Shown: piece by piece, positions 1 to 9,124 of the stretch
Numbering within the stretch: position 1 is the first letter of the stretch
Layout of the letters: the number at the start of each line of letters is the position of its first letter
DNA from: Patescibacteria group bacterium
Lineage (GTDB): Bacteria; Patescibacteriota; Microgenomatia; UBA10105; UBA927
Reading direction: 5' to 3'
Assembly: GCA_049322955.1 (NCBI GenBank)
Contig: JBMOPU010000012.1
Location: 19,581 to 83,580 of the forward strand
DNA length: 64,000 bases
Translations under genes and position numbers: made by a program
The notes under the pieces: model-generated
What the model was told of the DNA's origin: nothing
Databases searched by the model: none
Seen by the model: only the letters and a program-made list of their open reading frames with translations

Positions 1-1064
1 ATGGTAGATCGTGAATGTAAAAAAATTTCAGTTAGTTGTTTGCCCTCAAGCTTCATATAGGTATCCAAAACACCCTTTAACAAATCTCTGGCAGCTGTTT
101 TTGTTAAATGAAATTGTTTATCATCTGGTGAATACCATGGCCCAAACTCACCCAAAAACACAACGCCGTCTCCCGTATTTAAGAACATTTGAGCTGCACA
201 ACACGCGGTATTACCTTCGCCTGTTAATCTAAAACAAATTCCTATATAACAAACACCTTCACGAGCACTTACAAGCTTCCATGGTTTACCTCCACATTTA
301 TAATATATGGTGGAATTCAAATTCCACATGCGATCAGACAATGGTGTTAAGCGCCTTTCACCAAAGGCGTAGTTATCGTCAGTTTTTAGTGTTGACTCGC
401 GTATTATTTGAATCGGAACATCATATTCCATTGCTCTTGCTTTTATTTGTCTTCTAAAATCAGGTGACATGAGATATTGGTTAGGATCATAGTTTTCAAT
501 TAAACCCAATTGACCGGATTTCCGCTTTGCTAATTCCTTTGGAGAGATTCTTGTTCCAATTGGATTAACTACGTGTGATTGAGTACGACAATTAAGCCAA
601 ACTTCATCGGGCACGACACAGATGACAACACCAATTTTTTCATCCATCTTTTTTAGCTTCTCTAGTCCCTCGAGGTACAAATCTACTACTTGAAATGCAC
701 GCTCACTTGCATTTCTTTGAATTGAGGCGGCGTGTAGATTTTTATCATCGATCTCATGTACATATACTGGTTTGGGCGAAAACTCCGAGTTAAATGCAGC
801 TTCAAAACCTGGGTAAGGGGGCCATATTTGTGTTCGGTCTTTTGGTGCGAGAACAGCTGGATTATTGATAATACTTACCCAATTTAAGTATTTTTGAATC
901 CCCATTTTTGTACCGATTGTTATATAAGAGATAGTTTTTGGGTGTGTACTAATATCAGAATCGTAAGGACCAAATAAGGATAATCCATCTCTCGGATCGA
1001 TCACTCTCTGACCGTATCGAAATTCTAATTCTGGTTCATCAAAAACTACTATTGGGTTACTCAT
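1..1064 (-). CDS. short prokaryotic Argonaute (MID-PIWI), predicted catalytically inactive; 3' end lies beyond window start
   Basis: Manual translation of minus strand from ATG at 1064..1062 is open through position 1, at least 354 aa; not in ORF track because there is no in-window stop. PIWI-type motif YYKCGGKPWKL (K-x-GG-x-x-W) is followed by GVCYIGICF, where the canonical GxDVxH aspartate is replaced. The start overlaps the stop of the upstream gene (ATGA). Confidence 0.6.
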   Translation of the reverse strand, partial: MSNPIVVFDEPELEFRYGQRVIDPRDGLSLFGPYDSDISTHPKTISYITIGTKMGIQKYLNWVSIINNPAVLAPKDRTQIWPPYPGFEAAFNSEFSPKPVYVHEIDDKNLHAASIQRNASERAFQVVDLYLEGLEKLKKMDEKIGVVICVVPDEVWLNCRTQSHVVNPIGTRISPKELAKRKSGQLGLIENYDPNQYLMSPDFRRQIKARAMEYDVPIQIIRESTLKTDDNYAFGERRLTPLSDRMWNLNSTIYYKCGGKPWKLVSAREGVCYIGICFRLTGEGNTACCAAQMFLNTGDGVVFLGEFGPWYSPDDKQFHLTKTAARDLLKGVLDTYMKLEGKQLTEIFLHSRST

Positions 1065-2839
1065 GCGTCATCTCCTTCTAAACTATCTACTTCAGTATCT
1101 TCTCTTTCAAAAGATTCAGGAGTCAAAGTTGTTTCATTAATTCCTTTGGGGGAGCTTAATATTATTGGCTCTGCGTCGATTATTATCGTGTCATCATCAT
1201 TCGTGCCTATTACTATTTTTTTATCCACTGCTAAAAACTCACATATTGCTAACAATCTTGTCAGCCATTCTCTATTCCACCAGTCTTTACATAAATCTTT
1301 TCGACGACCGTTAGCTTGATGGCCTGGAAGCGCATTTCCTACGATATCAGTAATATGAATCCTCGCTCTAACAAGGATTGTATAAGAATTAGCAATAGAT
1401 TTAGATATTGAAAACGTAGGCGCTAAATAGTATATGTATTGTTCTTTTGAAGCGCTCCTTCGGTATTTTCTTATACCAGAAGCGTTTATACGATTAATTT
1501 TTCCGCTCTGAGCTGTGTAGGTTAACGCATCGTTTTTAAGTAATCCTGAAGGAAAATAGACCATCCTTGCTGCTTTGTCATAGACAAGGCCTTTTTTTGA
1601 ACAATACACTTGAAGCGATTTACGTAATAATTCTGAAACTAAGTACGATGGATTAATTTCAAGTATTTTTTCTGTAGATGTCCATTCAATTTTTTCGATA
1701 TTAATATCATACTTTTGAACTAATTCAGATGGTGGATAGGAAAAACTCACCAATTTTTCACCAATAATCCTAAATGCCCAACTATCGAAATATTGAGTTA
1801 ACTCTTCATAATCAATTTTGGTTTTAGGGGAACTGACTAATAATTCTCCGGGTATTCTCTCAACTGTTAAGCAATTACTGATTAGCTGTTCCGTTTTATC
1901 TGTAATTACGCCCCTGTTCAAATAAAAGTTAGCGGCGATATTTTTGCCGTCCAATACAGACTTGGGAATTTTAAGAGATGTTAATTTTTTTAATAACTGG
2001 TCTAGCCCCTTTGCCCAATTCTCAAATGGAATCATGACAAGTTGGCTTGAAAAAGCATCTAGTTTATCTTGCGGCAGATTATCTTTCTTAAGAGGTATTA
2101 GAAATTCAATCTTCTGTTTTTTGCTAATATTCACAGCAAGAGACCGTTGTCTCACTATTTCAGCGTTACTCAGTGATTCCAATGAATATATTGATATTAC
2201 ACACGCCGCTTTAGAATCTATTGCCGTGTCGATATCGTCAGGATATTTCTCGCCACCTAAAAGCTTAAATCTTTCATACCAAACCGAATAACCCTCTGAA
2301 GTTAATTTGCGTACTAACCAATCAGCTAACGCTATATCACTTTTATCACAAGAAATTAATATGTTATTTTTTATCTTTTTGGTGGTGTCTATAAAAAAGT
2401 CATTTCTAAAAACCTGAGGATAATTGCCCTTGATTTCGGGATGTTGAGCATCAAGTAAATTTCTTAGCCGTTCTATGTCATAAATCTCCAAATCCCAGCC
2501 GTATTTCGATTTTATTATCATCTTTAATGAATCTCTCTCAGAAGCTGTAACATCTGAAGTAGTTACAAAAACATACTTCTCACACTTATGTCCATGTTTA
2601 ACAATTTTGTCTGCATCCTCAAATAGTTTCGCCTGCCAATCTTCTCTAACGCTATAAGAAAAAACTGTAGTCGTATTCTTTTTATCGACATGTACTGCAT
2701 CTCTACCTTTATCTTTAAATCCTCCTAATGGCTCTATTTCTGGATAACCGCTTACCGACAGCACATCGTCACAAAGACGCTCAAACTCAGCATAGTCAGT
2801 AAGTTCTTTTAAACAAAATGTGGTTAAGTTTGCACTCAT
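1061..2839 (-). CDS. Mrr-like nuclease-fold / TIR / APAZ-like multidomain protein (SPARTA TIR-APAZ partner)
   Basis: 592 aa. N-terminal segment FERLCDDVLSVSGYPEIEPLGGFKDKGRDAV resembles the Mrr restriction-endonuclease core. Central TIR-like block SCDKSDIALADWLVRKLTSEGYSVWYERFKLLGGEKYPDDIDTAIDSKAACVISIYSLESLSNAEIV. Long C-terminal region consistent with APAZ. TGA stop overlaps the pAgo ATG. Confidence 0.6.
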   Translation of the reverse strand: MSANLTTFCLKELTDYAEFERLCDDVLSVSGYPEIEPLGGFKDKGRDAVHVDKKNTTTVFSYSVREDWQAKLFEDADKIVKHGHKCEKYVFVTTSDVTASERDSLKMIIKSKYGWDLEIYDIERLRNLLDAQHPEIKGNYPQVFRNDFFIDTTKKIKNNILISCDKSDIALADWLVRKLTSEGYSVWYERFKLLGGEKYPDDIDTAIDSKAACVISIYSLESLSNAEIVRQRSLAVNISKKQKIEFLIPLKKDNLPQDKLDAFSSQLVMIPFENWAKGLDQLLKKLTSLKIPKSVLDGKNIAANFYLNRGVITDKTEQLISNCLTVERIPGELLVSSPKTKIDYEELTQYFDSWAFRIIGEKLVSFSYPPSELVQKYDINIEKIEWTSTEKILEINPSYLVSELLRKSLQVYCSKKGLVYDKAARMVYFPSGLLKNDALTYTAQSGKINRINASGIRKYRRSASKEQYIYYLAPTFSISKSIANSYTILVRARIHITDIVGNALPGHQANGRRKDLCKDWWNREWLTRLLAICEFLAVDKKIVIGTNDDDTIIIDAEPIILSSPKGINETTLTPESFEREDTEVDSLEGDDA

Positions 2840-2944
2840 TTAGTTACATTAACAATGCAGTTTGGTAAATCAGAATCTGCTGTTTGCAGTCTATAACTAT
2901 TGAAACTTTTGTCAACCTATTTAGTGTTCAATTAGGTTAGCCGG

Positions 2945-2953
2945 TGATATAAT
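2945..2953 (+). promoter_or_regulatory. extended -10 promoter element (TGaTATAAT)
   Basis: Sequence tgatataat at 2945-2953 in the divergent intergenic region between the SPARTA operon and the 3105 gene. Confidence 0.3.
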
Positions 2954-2954
2954 C

Positions 2955-3079
2955 ACTTCGAATCAGCCTAGAAGCTGTGCCGCGAGTAATCGCGGTGCTT
3001 TCATTGGATCTAATAAGGGGCAACCCAAACGGATCCAATGCTTCTAGGCTGAGGAATACGCGGGTTGTCCCTTTTTATT
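2955..3079 (+). ncRNA. candidate structured small RNA or cis-regulatory leader ending in a terminator-like hairpin
   Basis: Nested inverted repeats: cagcctagaagc ... gcttctaggctg; ccgcgagtaatcgcgg; cattggatc ... gatccaatg. A 10-bp stem ggggcaaccc / gggttgtccc (one G-U) at 3017-3071 is followed by tttttatt. Confidence 0.3.
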
Positions 3080-3104
3080 GTTTGACAACTCCAAAGGAGG
3101 ATAT

Positions 3105-3821
3105 ATGGATTCCATTCAGCCGGAGCAGACAAAACCAAATACCAGTCTGCTGAAAGTATTCTTGGCGGTTATTTTCTTTCCATTTACGATCAGCTATCTC
3201 ATTTGGAAACAAACACAATTTCCAACCCTCGTCCGTGTTCTCGGGATACTCATTTTCTGGGGAGTGTTTATAAAAATTGGATCATCAGGATCTAGTACGT
3301 CTAGTACAACAACGGGAAATAATAATACGGAGGTAGTTGCTACAAAAGCACCTACGCCTACAGTTGTAGTCATAACCCTAGAACAGAAACAAACAGATTT
3401 CAAAGAATTGTACAAAAAATATCAGTCGGGTGCACAAGGAATGCTCCTCGTACAGGTAGCCATTCAAAAGATAGCAAGTACAGCAACGAGCAAAGCGGAT
3501 TTGTATCTAGCACTGGATAAAGTTGAAAAAACTCAATCCGCGATAGCATCGGCAAACTCTGACATTAATACACCAAATTCTTTAAAAGAGTATAAACAAA
3601 TAAGTGAAGCACTCATGAATTTTCAAATTGCCGGAAATAACTTTACAGATGCGATAAAAAAGATGAAGGAATATGTGAATAAAGATGACCTTGAAAAACT
3701 GACCCAAGGAAAAGAGCAAATTGATCGTGGAACAGCAAGGCTCAGTGCGAGTAAAGATCTAATGGATGCGGTAGCTAAAACTTTAGAAGTAGATGTAACC
3801 CAAATACAAGGAACAAAATAA
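3105..3821 (+). CDS. hypothetical membrane-anchored protein (N-terminal TM helix, Ser/Thr-rich linker, helical C-domain)
   Basis: ORF with AAGGAGG RBS 6 nt upstream of ATG at 3105; the ORF-track start at 3078 is a TTG. One predicted TM segment (LLKVFLAVIFFPFTISYLIW). Confidence 0.5.
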   Translation: MDSIQPEQTKPNTSLLKVFLAVIFFPFTISYLIWKQTQFPTLVRVLGILIFWGVFIKIGSSGSSTSSTTTGNNNTEVVATKAPTPTVVVITLEQKQTDFKELYKKYQSGAQGMLLVQVAIQKIASTATSKADLYLALDKVEKTQSAIASANSDINTPNSLKEYKQISEALMNFQIAGNNFTDAIKKMKEYVNKDDLEKLTQGKEQIDRGTARLSASKDLMDAVAKTLEVDVTQIQGTK

Positions 3822-3840
3822 ATAGATTAATCCAAAATGT

Positions 3841-3893
3841 TGTCATTACTGTCATAATGTCATTCTTGTGTTCCGGCATGAAGCGTTTGTCAT
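3841..3893. repeat. tandem TGTCAT motif cluster (operator-like)
   Basis: tgtcattac tgtcataa tgtcattc at 3841-3863, plus a further tgtcat at 3888. Confidence 0.4.
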
Positions 3894-4391
3894 TTCCCCC
3901 TTACCCCCATGGGTATTCAAGCAGTTGATTGATATGTATTCAATCTTTGCTTTAGGATGGATTTTCCAACATTGGCTTCTTATACGTTCCGTATATGTGA
4001 GCTGAAATCGTCTTTCACCGTTTGTTGATCTTCGGTGTTCCCTTGGCTTACGAATTCTTTTAAGTTGTCATTGCCTGCCACCACACGTGGACTTTAGACT
4101 ATTTTAACTGGTAGTCGGAGAGATTTTTCAAAAACTATCATTTTCATCTAGAGCTAAGAGATAGCCTAAGCCGTATTCAGGGTCACCGCCTTTTGAATAC
4201 AAAATCTGATCTCGAGGTCACGAGACCATTCATTCTGAAGCTATTTTGCATAGGATATATAATCTACCATCCTTAGTAAAACAAAGACTCGAGTGTCATC
4301 AGGGAGACCTGAGCATATGTCCTCAGCCATAAGTAACGGTAGCCAAAAACGCTATTACTAAAAATTACTCGGGAGAAATTCAGACTTACGT

Positions 4392-4509
4392 GGATAGTTG
4401 AGCGTCTTGTCCATGAAAAAAATAGGATTGGGGTGGTTGTAGGCAACGGATACAAGATGTATCCACTTCAAAGCTAAGTTATCCGTGTCACTGGATACAA
4501 AACTTATCC
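4392..4509. repeat. iteron-like array of GGATAC / TTATCC half-sites in alternating orientation
   Basis: ggatag 4392, ggataca 4448, gtatcca 4460, ttatcc 4480, ggataca 4494, ttatcc 4504. tgtatccac resembles a DnaA-box variant. Confidence 0.35.
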
Positions 4510-4545
4510 AAGCATTATTTGCTGAATAGTTCCATCATAATGAAA

Positions 4546-5049
4546 TTAGGGTCTTATGTTATTCCATTTATCCTCATAGGATCCGGCCATTGGCACGTTG
4601 AAATTATACTCCTCATAAAAAAGCCCAAGACGGAAAGTGCGTACCGTGCTTTCTTTTGTTGCGCCTTTTGTTTCCATCCATGCTTTATGTTCATAGTACA
4701 AATACTGCGTTACGACATTGTTTGGAACGATAAAATATCGATATTTATATGTTGATTTATCAAAATGAACAAACACATAAAAATAGCTATCATCAGTTCG
4801 ATCCTCATCTTTCTTACTTAATATCCATGTTAGGCATTTGCCGAATATTTTGGAGTTTAATATACCTGCATCGGTATACATGATTGATACCGTAGAAACG
4901 GTTCCTTGTGTGCCACGGACCACCATTGTGATTCTACTACCATTTGTTGGTTTTATTTCAGTCGAATAACCATGAAAGAAAAATTGCTCAATGATATTAA
5001 ATAGCCCTATTTTCCTATCCGGATCGAAATTGTGAATTTTTGTCCTCAT
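4546..5049 (-). CDS. hypothetical protein (island cargo)
   Basis: 167-aa ORF in the AT-rich island; no recognisable motif. Confidence 0.45.
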   Translation of the reverse strand: MRTKIHNFDPDRKIGLFNIIEQFFFHGYSTEIKPTNGSRITMVVRGTQGTVSTVSIMYTDAGILNSKIFGKCLTWILSKKDEDRTDDSYFYVFVHFDKSTYKYRYFIVPNNVVTQYLYYEHKAWMETKGATKESTVRTFRLGLFYEEYNFNVPMAGSYEDKWNNIRP

Positions 5050-5066
5050 ACCATATATAGATTACA

Positions 5067-6224
5067 TTAATTACTGCGTTTCATCAGTATTCGAAATATC
5101 CACAAGTTTTTCTTTCTGTCAAACTGCCATTCTACATTGTCCTTAATTCTATGCTTTGGTTCAATAATCGTGCTTCGAATGTTGGTTACCGTTTCACCGA
5201 TTTTTGTAACTACCTCGATTTCTTCTTTGTTTACGAGTTTATAACTTTCGCATATCTGTTTTATTGTGTAGCGACCAGTATTATCCTTTTTCCACAAATC
5301 CCAAAACGCTTCAAACATTTTTCTACTTTTGTCAGCTCGTGAGAAATCAAATTGGTCAGTTGATCCATCAGTAAGCCTAAATATCAATTGTGAATTTTCA
5401 TACGTATATGATCTATCAGTTGGCGTCACAAAAAGACTTCGAGTGCTTGATAATTTAAATCGTTCCCTGATGGTTTCGTTTGATAATGAATTCGTCTCTT
5501 TGAGCGCTATCGTCACACTATAGTTATATTTATTATCCTTATATTCAATCTCTAAGTCATACACGTCTATTACCCGAGCAATCCACAACGTCATGACCAT
5601 TTCCATAAATTTATAATCCGTATATTCTTCGTTCACAAAACTATATTTTTCTTTTAATAATCCCATCAGATCTTTTGGAGATATTAATAGGTACTTCGGG
5701 TTATAAATCCGTAATACTTTATCCATATATTCCCTGAATATATCCAAATGCGTATTGAAATTAATATCTCGACCATTGCCAACAAGTTCATCATCCACAA
5801 ATAACGATATATATTGATTGATAATCGATTCAAGATGCTTTGCCTGAGTTTTGGTGTTACTGAGCGTTATTGTCAACGGAATTTGATCAACATTTTCACT
5901 CTTGATATCGTTTTTGGATTTTAAATACTTCGAAAAAGAACTGAATAAGTCCTTATAGCACTCGATTTTATCTGCCTCTTTTAACGGTCTGATAATCTCA
6001 CGCCTTCTCACTACTGTGCTTATGCTTGCGATATCCCAAAGAATGCTTAAGCTGTTATTGCTTTTTCGATTAAACACGGTCGTATCCACAAAAGAAGAAA
6101 AATTTGGATAACTACTTCGAGGTAGCTCAATATTGTCCAATCTATTTTTGGTCTTGAGCAAGGTTTCCAACGTCAAATAGAGTTGATTTGGATGAAAAAA
6201 GTGATGCAAGTGCATTGACCTCAT
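5067..6224 (-). CDS. hypothetical protein (island cargo)
   Basis: 385-aa ORF 18 nt upstream of the 167-aa ORF on the same strand; no recognisable motif. Confidence 0.45.
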   Translation of the reverse strand: MRSMHLHHFFHPNQLYLTLETLLKTKNRLDNIELPRSSYPNFSSFVDTTVFNRKSNNSLSILWDIASISTVVRRREIIRPLKEADKIECYKDLFSSFSKYLKSKNDIKSENVDQIPLTITLSNTKTQAKHLESIINQYISLFVDDELVGNGRDINFNTHLDIFREYMDKVLRIYNPKYLLISPKDLMGLLKEKYSFVNEEYTDYKFMEMVMTLWIARVIDVYDLEIEYKDNKYNYSVTIALKETNSLSNETIRERFKLSSTRSLFVTPTDRSYTYENSQLIFRLTDGSTDQFDFSRADKSRKMFEAFWDLWKKDNTGRYTIKQICESYKLVNKEEIEVVTKIGETVTNIRSTIIEPKHRIKDNVEWQFDRKKNLWIFRILMKRSN

Positions 6225-6272
6225 TATATTTCCTCGATCCCTTAATCACAAATCTATCGCTCATTTCTATTT

Positions 6273-6350
6273 ATGACGTCATAAACGATGTCATACGGCT
6301 TATTATGACAGCCTTCCGCACAAACTGCCCCATTGACTTCCCGATGTCAT
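6273..6350. promoter_or_regulatory. TGTCAT / palindromic ATGACGTCAT motif cluster in divergent promoter region
   Basis: atgacgtcat (6272-6281), gatgtcatac (6287-), atgaca (6305-), gatgtcataa (6343-). A ttgact -35-like hexamer follows before the 6400 ATG. Confidence 0.4.
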
Positions 6351-6399
6351 AAAAAATTACTTGACTTAGTACAAACATTTATTTCAAGAAAGGGAAAAT

Positions 6400-6738
6400 A
6401 TGAAAAATATTAGAGGCACATTTAAAGCAACTTTAATTAGCTTCAATTCCGTTGAAGTAAAAAGTGCTTATGTTGGAGAACATGGTTTTATAGAAGCTTA
6501 TTGGTTTGAACTTAATCTTAGAGATGGTTTCACCAAAATACTCCCATATATTCTTGACTACACATATGAGCTTTGGGAAGCAAAAAACGAATATTGGACA
6601 TTGACCCAACCTCTTAGATCATACAAAAACTCTTCTGATAAGGAACTCATTGGAACTACCTGCAGGGTTTCAGCAATTACAGACGATGAGGGTTTTCCCA
6701 TCTCTATCGACTTCATTTTATCAAAAAATAATAAATAA
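6400..6738 (+). CDS. hypothetical protein
   Basis: 112-aa ORF downstream of a ttgact / AT-rich promoter-like region. Confidence 0.45.
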   Translation: MKNIRGTFKATLISFNSVEVKSAYVGEHGFIEAYWFELNLRDGFTKILPYILDYTYELWEAKNEYWTLTQPLRSYKNSSDKELIGTTCRVSAITDDEGFPISIDFILSKNNK

Positions 6739-6763
6739 AAAATTTTTCTTGAAAGGAAAACAT

Positions 6764-8572
6764 ATGAACAATATAACTACAGAACAATATTTAAAAATTG
6801 CCAAATCTTATCTCGATTTTGGGTTCTCAATAATACCAATTGGAGCAGATAAAAAACCATTGATTAAATGGACTGAATATCAAAAACGACAAGCAACTGA
6901 TAATGAGGTGCAACAATGGATTACGTTTCCCAATCTGAATGGATTTGCGGTAGTGACTGGTCAAATATCAAACGTGTTTGTTTTAGATTGCGATGCTGGG
7001 TATAAACTGGACGATTTTGACCTTCCTCCGACACCCATGGTCAAAACCGGATCAGGTATCCATATCTATTTCCGCTATCCGAAGGCGTATCGGATAACAA
7101 ACACAACACAACTTCTTCCTCATGTCGACATCAGAGGAGAGGGTGGTTACGCCATACTCCCTCCCTCCCTCCATTCTTCTGGCGTTCGATATGAGTGGAT
7201 CAATAATCTTTCCACTCCTATAGTCGAAGCGCCGGAATGGTTACTAAAGCTTATAAAAGACAAAGCGAATGATGATAATTCAAATCCTCCTATTGCAGAA
7301 ATTGCTCAAGGCGTAGGAGAGGGTGGCAGAAATGATAGTGCCACTCGAATCATTGGCACTCTGCTAGCATACCAACCAGCAGAACATTGGCGAACAGTTA
7401 TATGGCCACTTATTCACACATGGAATACCAACAATCACCCTCCACTTTCTGGGTCAGAACTTGCTAACACATTTAAATCCATCGAGAAGCGTGAGTTAAC
7501 CAAAAGAAACAATCCGTCACTCAGTCAGAACATATATAGTCATGACCAAGTGACTGATACTCAATTTGAGTGTGTCGCTTTTTCAGAACTGATGGATAGG
7601 CACTTTAGTGACGATATCTGGACTGTTGATCATTTAATTCTTGAAAATGGCATCAACTGCATTGCAGGAAAACCCAAAAGTGGAAAGAGCTTTGTTGTCC
7701 TCCAAATGGCAAAGAATATTGCCGAGGGAAAACCTGTATTTGGAAAATACAAAACCAAGCAATCAAACATTCTCCTCATCACAAAGGAAGACAGCCTGCG
7801 TTTGCTTAAAATGCGGTTGGTTAATTTTGGTTCAAACAAAGATTTACCAATTTCATTCTCCATAGATTCAGATATTTATCTGGACAATAATCAATATCTG
7901 AACTCAATTCTTCAGAAATGTCGTGATCTTGACACTAAAATAGTCATTTTTGATAGCTTTCGCAGATTCATGCGAGGAGACGAAAACAGCTCTGCAGACG
8001 TTTCAAAACTTCACTGGTTTTTTAAACATCTGAATGACGCTGGAATAACCGTCATTTTCAATCACCATTTCAGAAAAGGGAATGTAGTATCCACGGACTC
8101 CTTCCGCGGATCATCCGATATTCACGCCATGGTAGATACCGCCATGGTGCTGGAATTAGATAAAGAACTCAACATCATTCAAGTCACACAAAATGCGTGC
8201 CGGGAAGCAGAGGAACAAAAACCATTTTCAATATCTATTCCAAAGTTTATAGATACTGACAGGGAATTCAAAATCGTTAACGCCTGTATTCAAATACAAA
8301 AAAGCGCTCATGATCAGGCAATTGAAGATGTTCTTAATTTTCTCCAAAAACAAAGCGAGCCAATCAATCAAAAAATGATTATTGAGGCATTGGTAAATCC
8401 AAATAGTCCATATAAAGGTACTTACGTCAAAAAAGCACTTGAAAGGCTTGCGGGTGTTGGCCGTGTCATTGCTCGTAAACAAGGAAATAAAACCTTTTAC
8501 TCACTTTCTGAGCATCAGTCACTCAGTCAAACCAGTAATGGTGATGACGAAGTGACGGATGAAATCATATGA
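6764..8572 (+). CDS. bifunctional primase-polymerase (prim-pol) N-domain fused to P-loop (RecA/DnaB-like, AAA_25-type) helicase/replication ATPase
   Basis: Prim-pol motifs: FSIIPIGADKKPLIKW, VVTGQISNVFVLDCD, KTGSGIHIYF, DIRGEGGYAILPPS. Walker A GKPKSGKSF and Walker B IVIFDSF. Start chosen at ATG 6764 with aaagga RBS; the ORF-track start overlaps the upstream ORF. Confidence 0.7.
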   Translation: MNNITTEQYLKIAKSYLDFGFSIIPIGADKKPLIKWTEYQKRQATDNEVQQWITFPNLNGFAVVTGQISNVFVLDCDAGYKLDDFDLPPTPMVKTGSGIHIYFRYPKAYRITNTTQLLPHVDIRGEGGYAILPPSLHSSGVRYEWINNLSTPIVEAPEWLLKLIKDKANDDNSNPPIAEIAQGVGEGGRNDSATRIIGTLLAYQPAEHWRTVIWPLIHTWNTNNHPPLSGSELANTFKSIEKRELTKRNNPSLSQNIYSHDQVTDTQFECVAFSELMDRHFSDDIWTVDHLILENGINCIAGKPKSGKSFVVLQMAKNIAEGKPVFGKYKTKQSNILLITKEDSLRLLKMRLVNFGSNKDLPISFSIDSDIYLDNNQYLNSILQKCRDLDTKIVIFDSFRRFMRGDENSSADVSKLHWFFKHLNDAGITVIFNHHFRKGNVVSTDSFRGSSDIHAMVDTAMVLELDKELNIIQVTQNACREAEEQKPFSISIPKFIDTDREFKIVNACIQIQKSAHDQAIEDVLNFLQKQSEPINQKMIIEALVNPNSPYKGTYVKKALERLAGVGRVIARKQGNKTFYSLSEHQSLSQTSNGDDEVTDEII

Positions 8573-8808
8573 GACTTAGTTTAAAAGCGATCTCAGAGTT
8601 TAAACAAATTTATAAAAACCAATTTGGTGTTGACCTAACCGAAGACGAAGCTAATACCAAAGGCTTGGAGTTACTGGGATTTTTCCAATACCTTTCTAAG
8701 CCAATACCCAAAGAAAATGAGCTGTATTTTCTTTCGCTTAGTGTTGAAAACGGAGCGTCTAATCGAGCTATGTACAATATCAAACAAACTGATAATAATA
8801 GACTATAG
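8569..8808 (+). CDS. hypothetical protein (translationally coupled, ATGA overlap)
   Basis: 79-aa ORF whose ATG overlaps the upstream TGA. Confidence 0.4.
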   Translation: MRLSLKAISEFKQIYKNQFGVDLTEDEANTKGLELLGFFQYLSKPIPKENELYFLSLSVENGASNRAMYNIKQTDNNRL

Positions 8809-8844
8809 GACTATGGTAATGAGCATCTATATTCAAAATCAAAT

Positions 8845-9120
8845 ATGAACCATGACATCAACTATTTTATATACTGCTCTCCTCATCAATCATTTTCAAA
8901 ACAGGAATCTGATCTGATTACATTTGCTGAAAAGGAAGAATTGAATGTCGTGGGTATATATTTTGGAACTTTTAGATCAATGCTTTTCCGTATTCAAAAA
9001 AGTGAGGCACAAGGCGTCATAGTCTCTGATATTACCGACCTACCAATTACACCATTATTTACTTCGCTTATATCAAAAAATCTCATTCGAGATATCAAAT
9101 ATCTAACTCAGTCCAAATAA
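8845..9120 (+). CDS. hypothetical small protein
   Basis: 91-aa ORF immediately upstream of the recombinase. Confidence 0.35.
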   Translation: MNHDINYFIYCSPHQSFSKQESDLITFAEKEELNVVGIYFGTFRSMLFRIQKSEAQGVIVSDITDLPITPLFTSLISKNLIRDIKYLTQSK

Positions 9121-9124
9121 TCGT

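Noticed and set aside
4273-4755. Small ORFs (60-78 aa) in the long non-coding stretch and overlapping gene 4546..5049
   Set aside because: They have no RBS or motif, overlap a better ORF or lie in repeat-rich DNA. The region is treated as non-coding.
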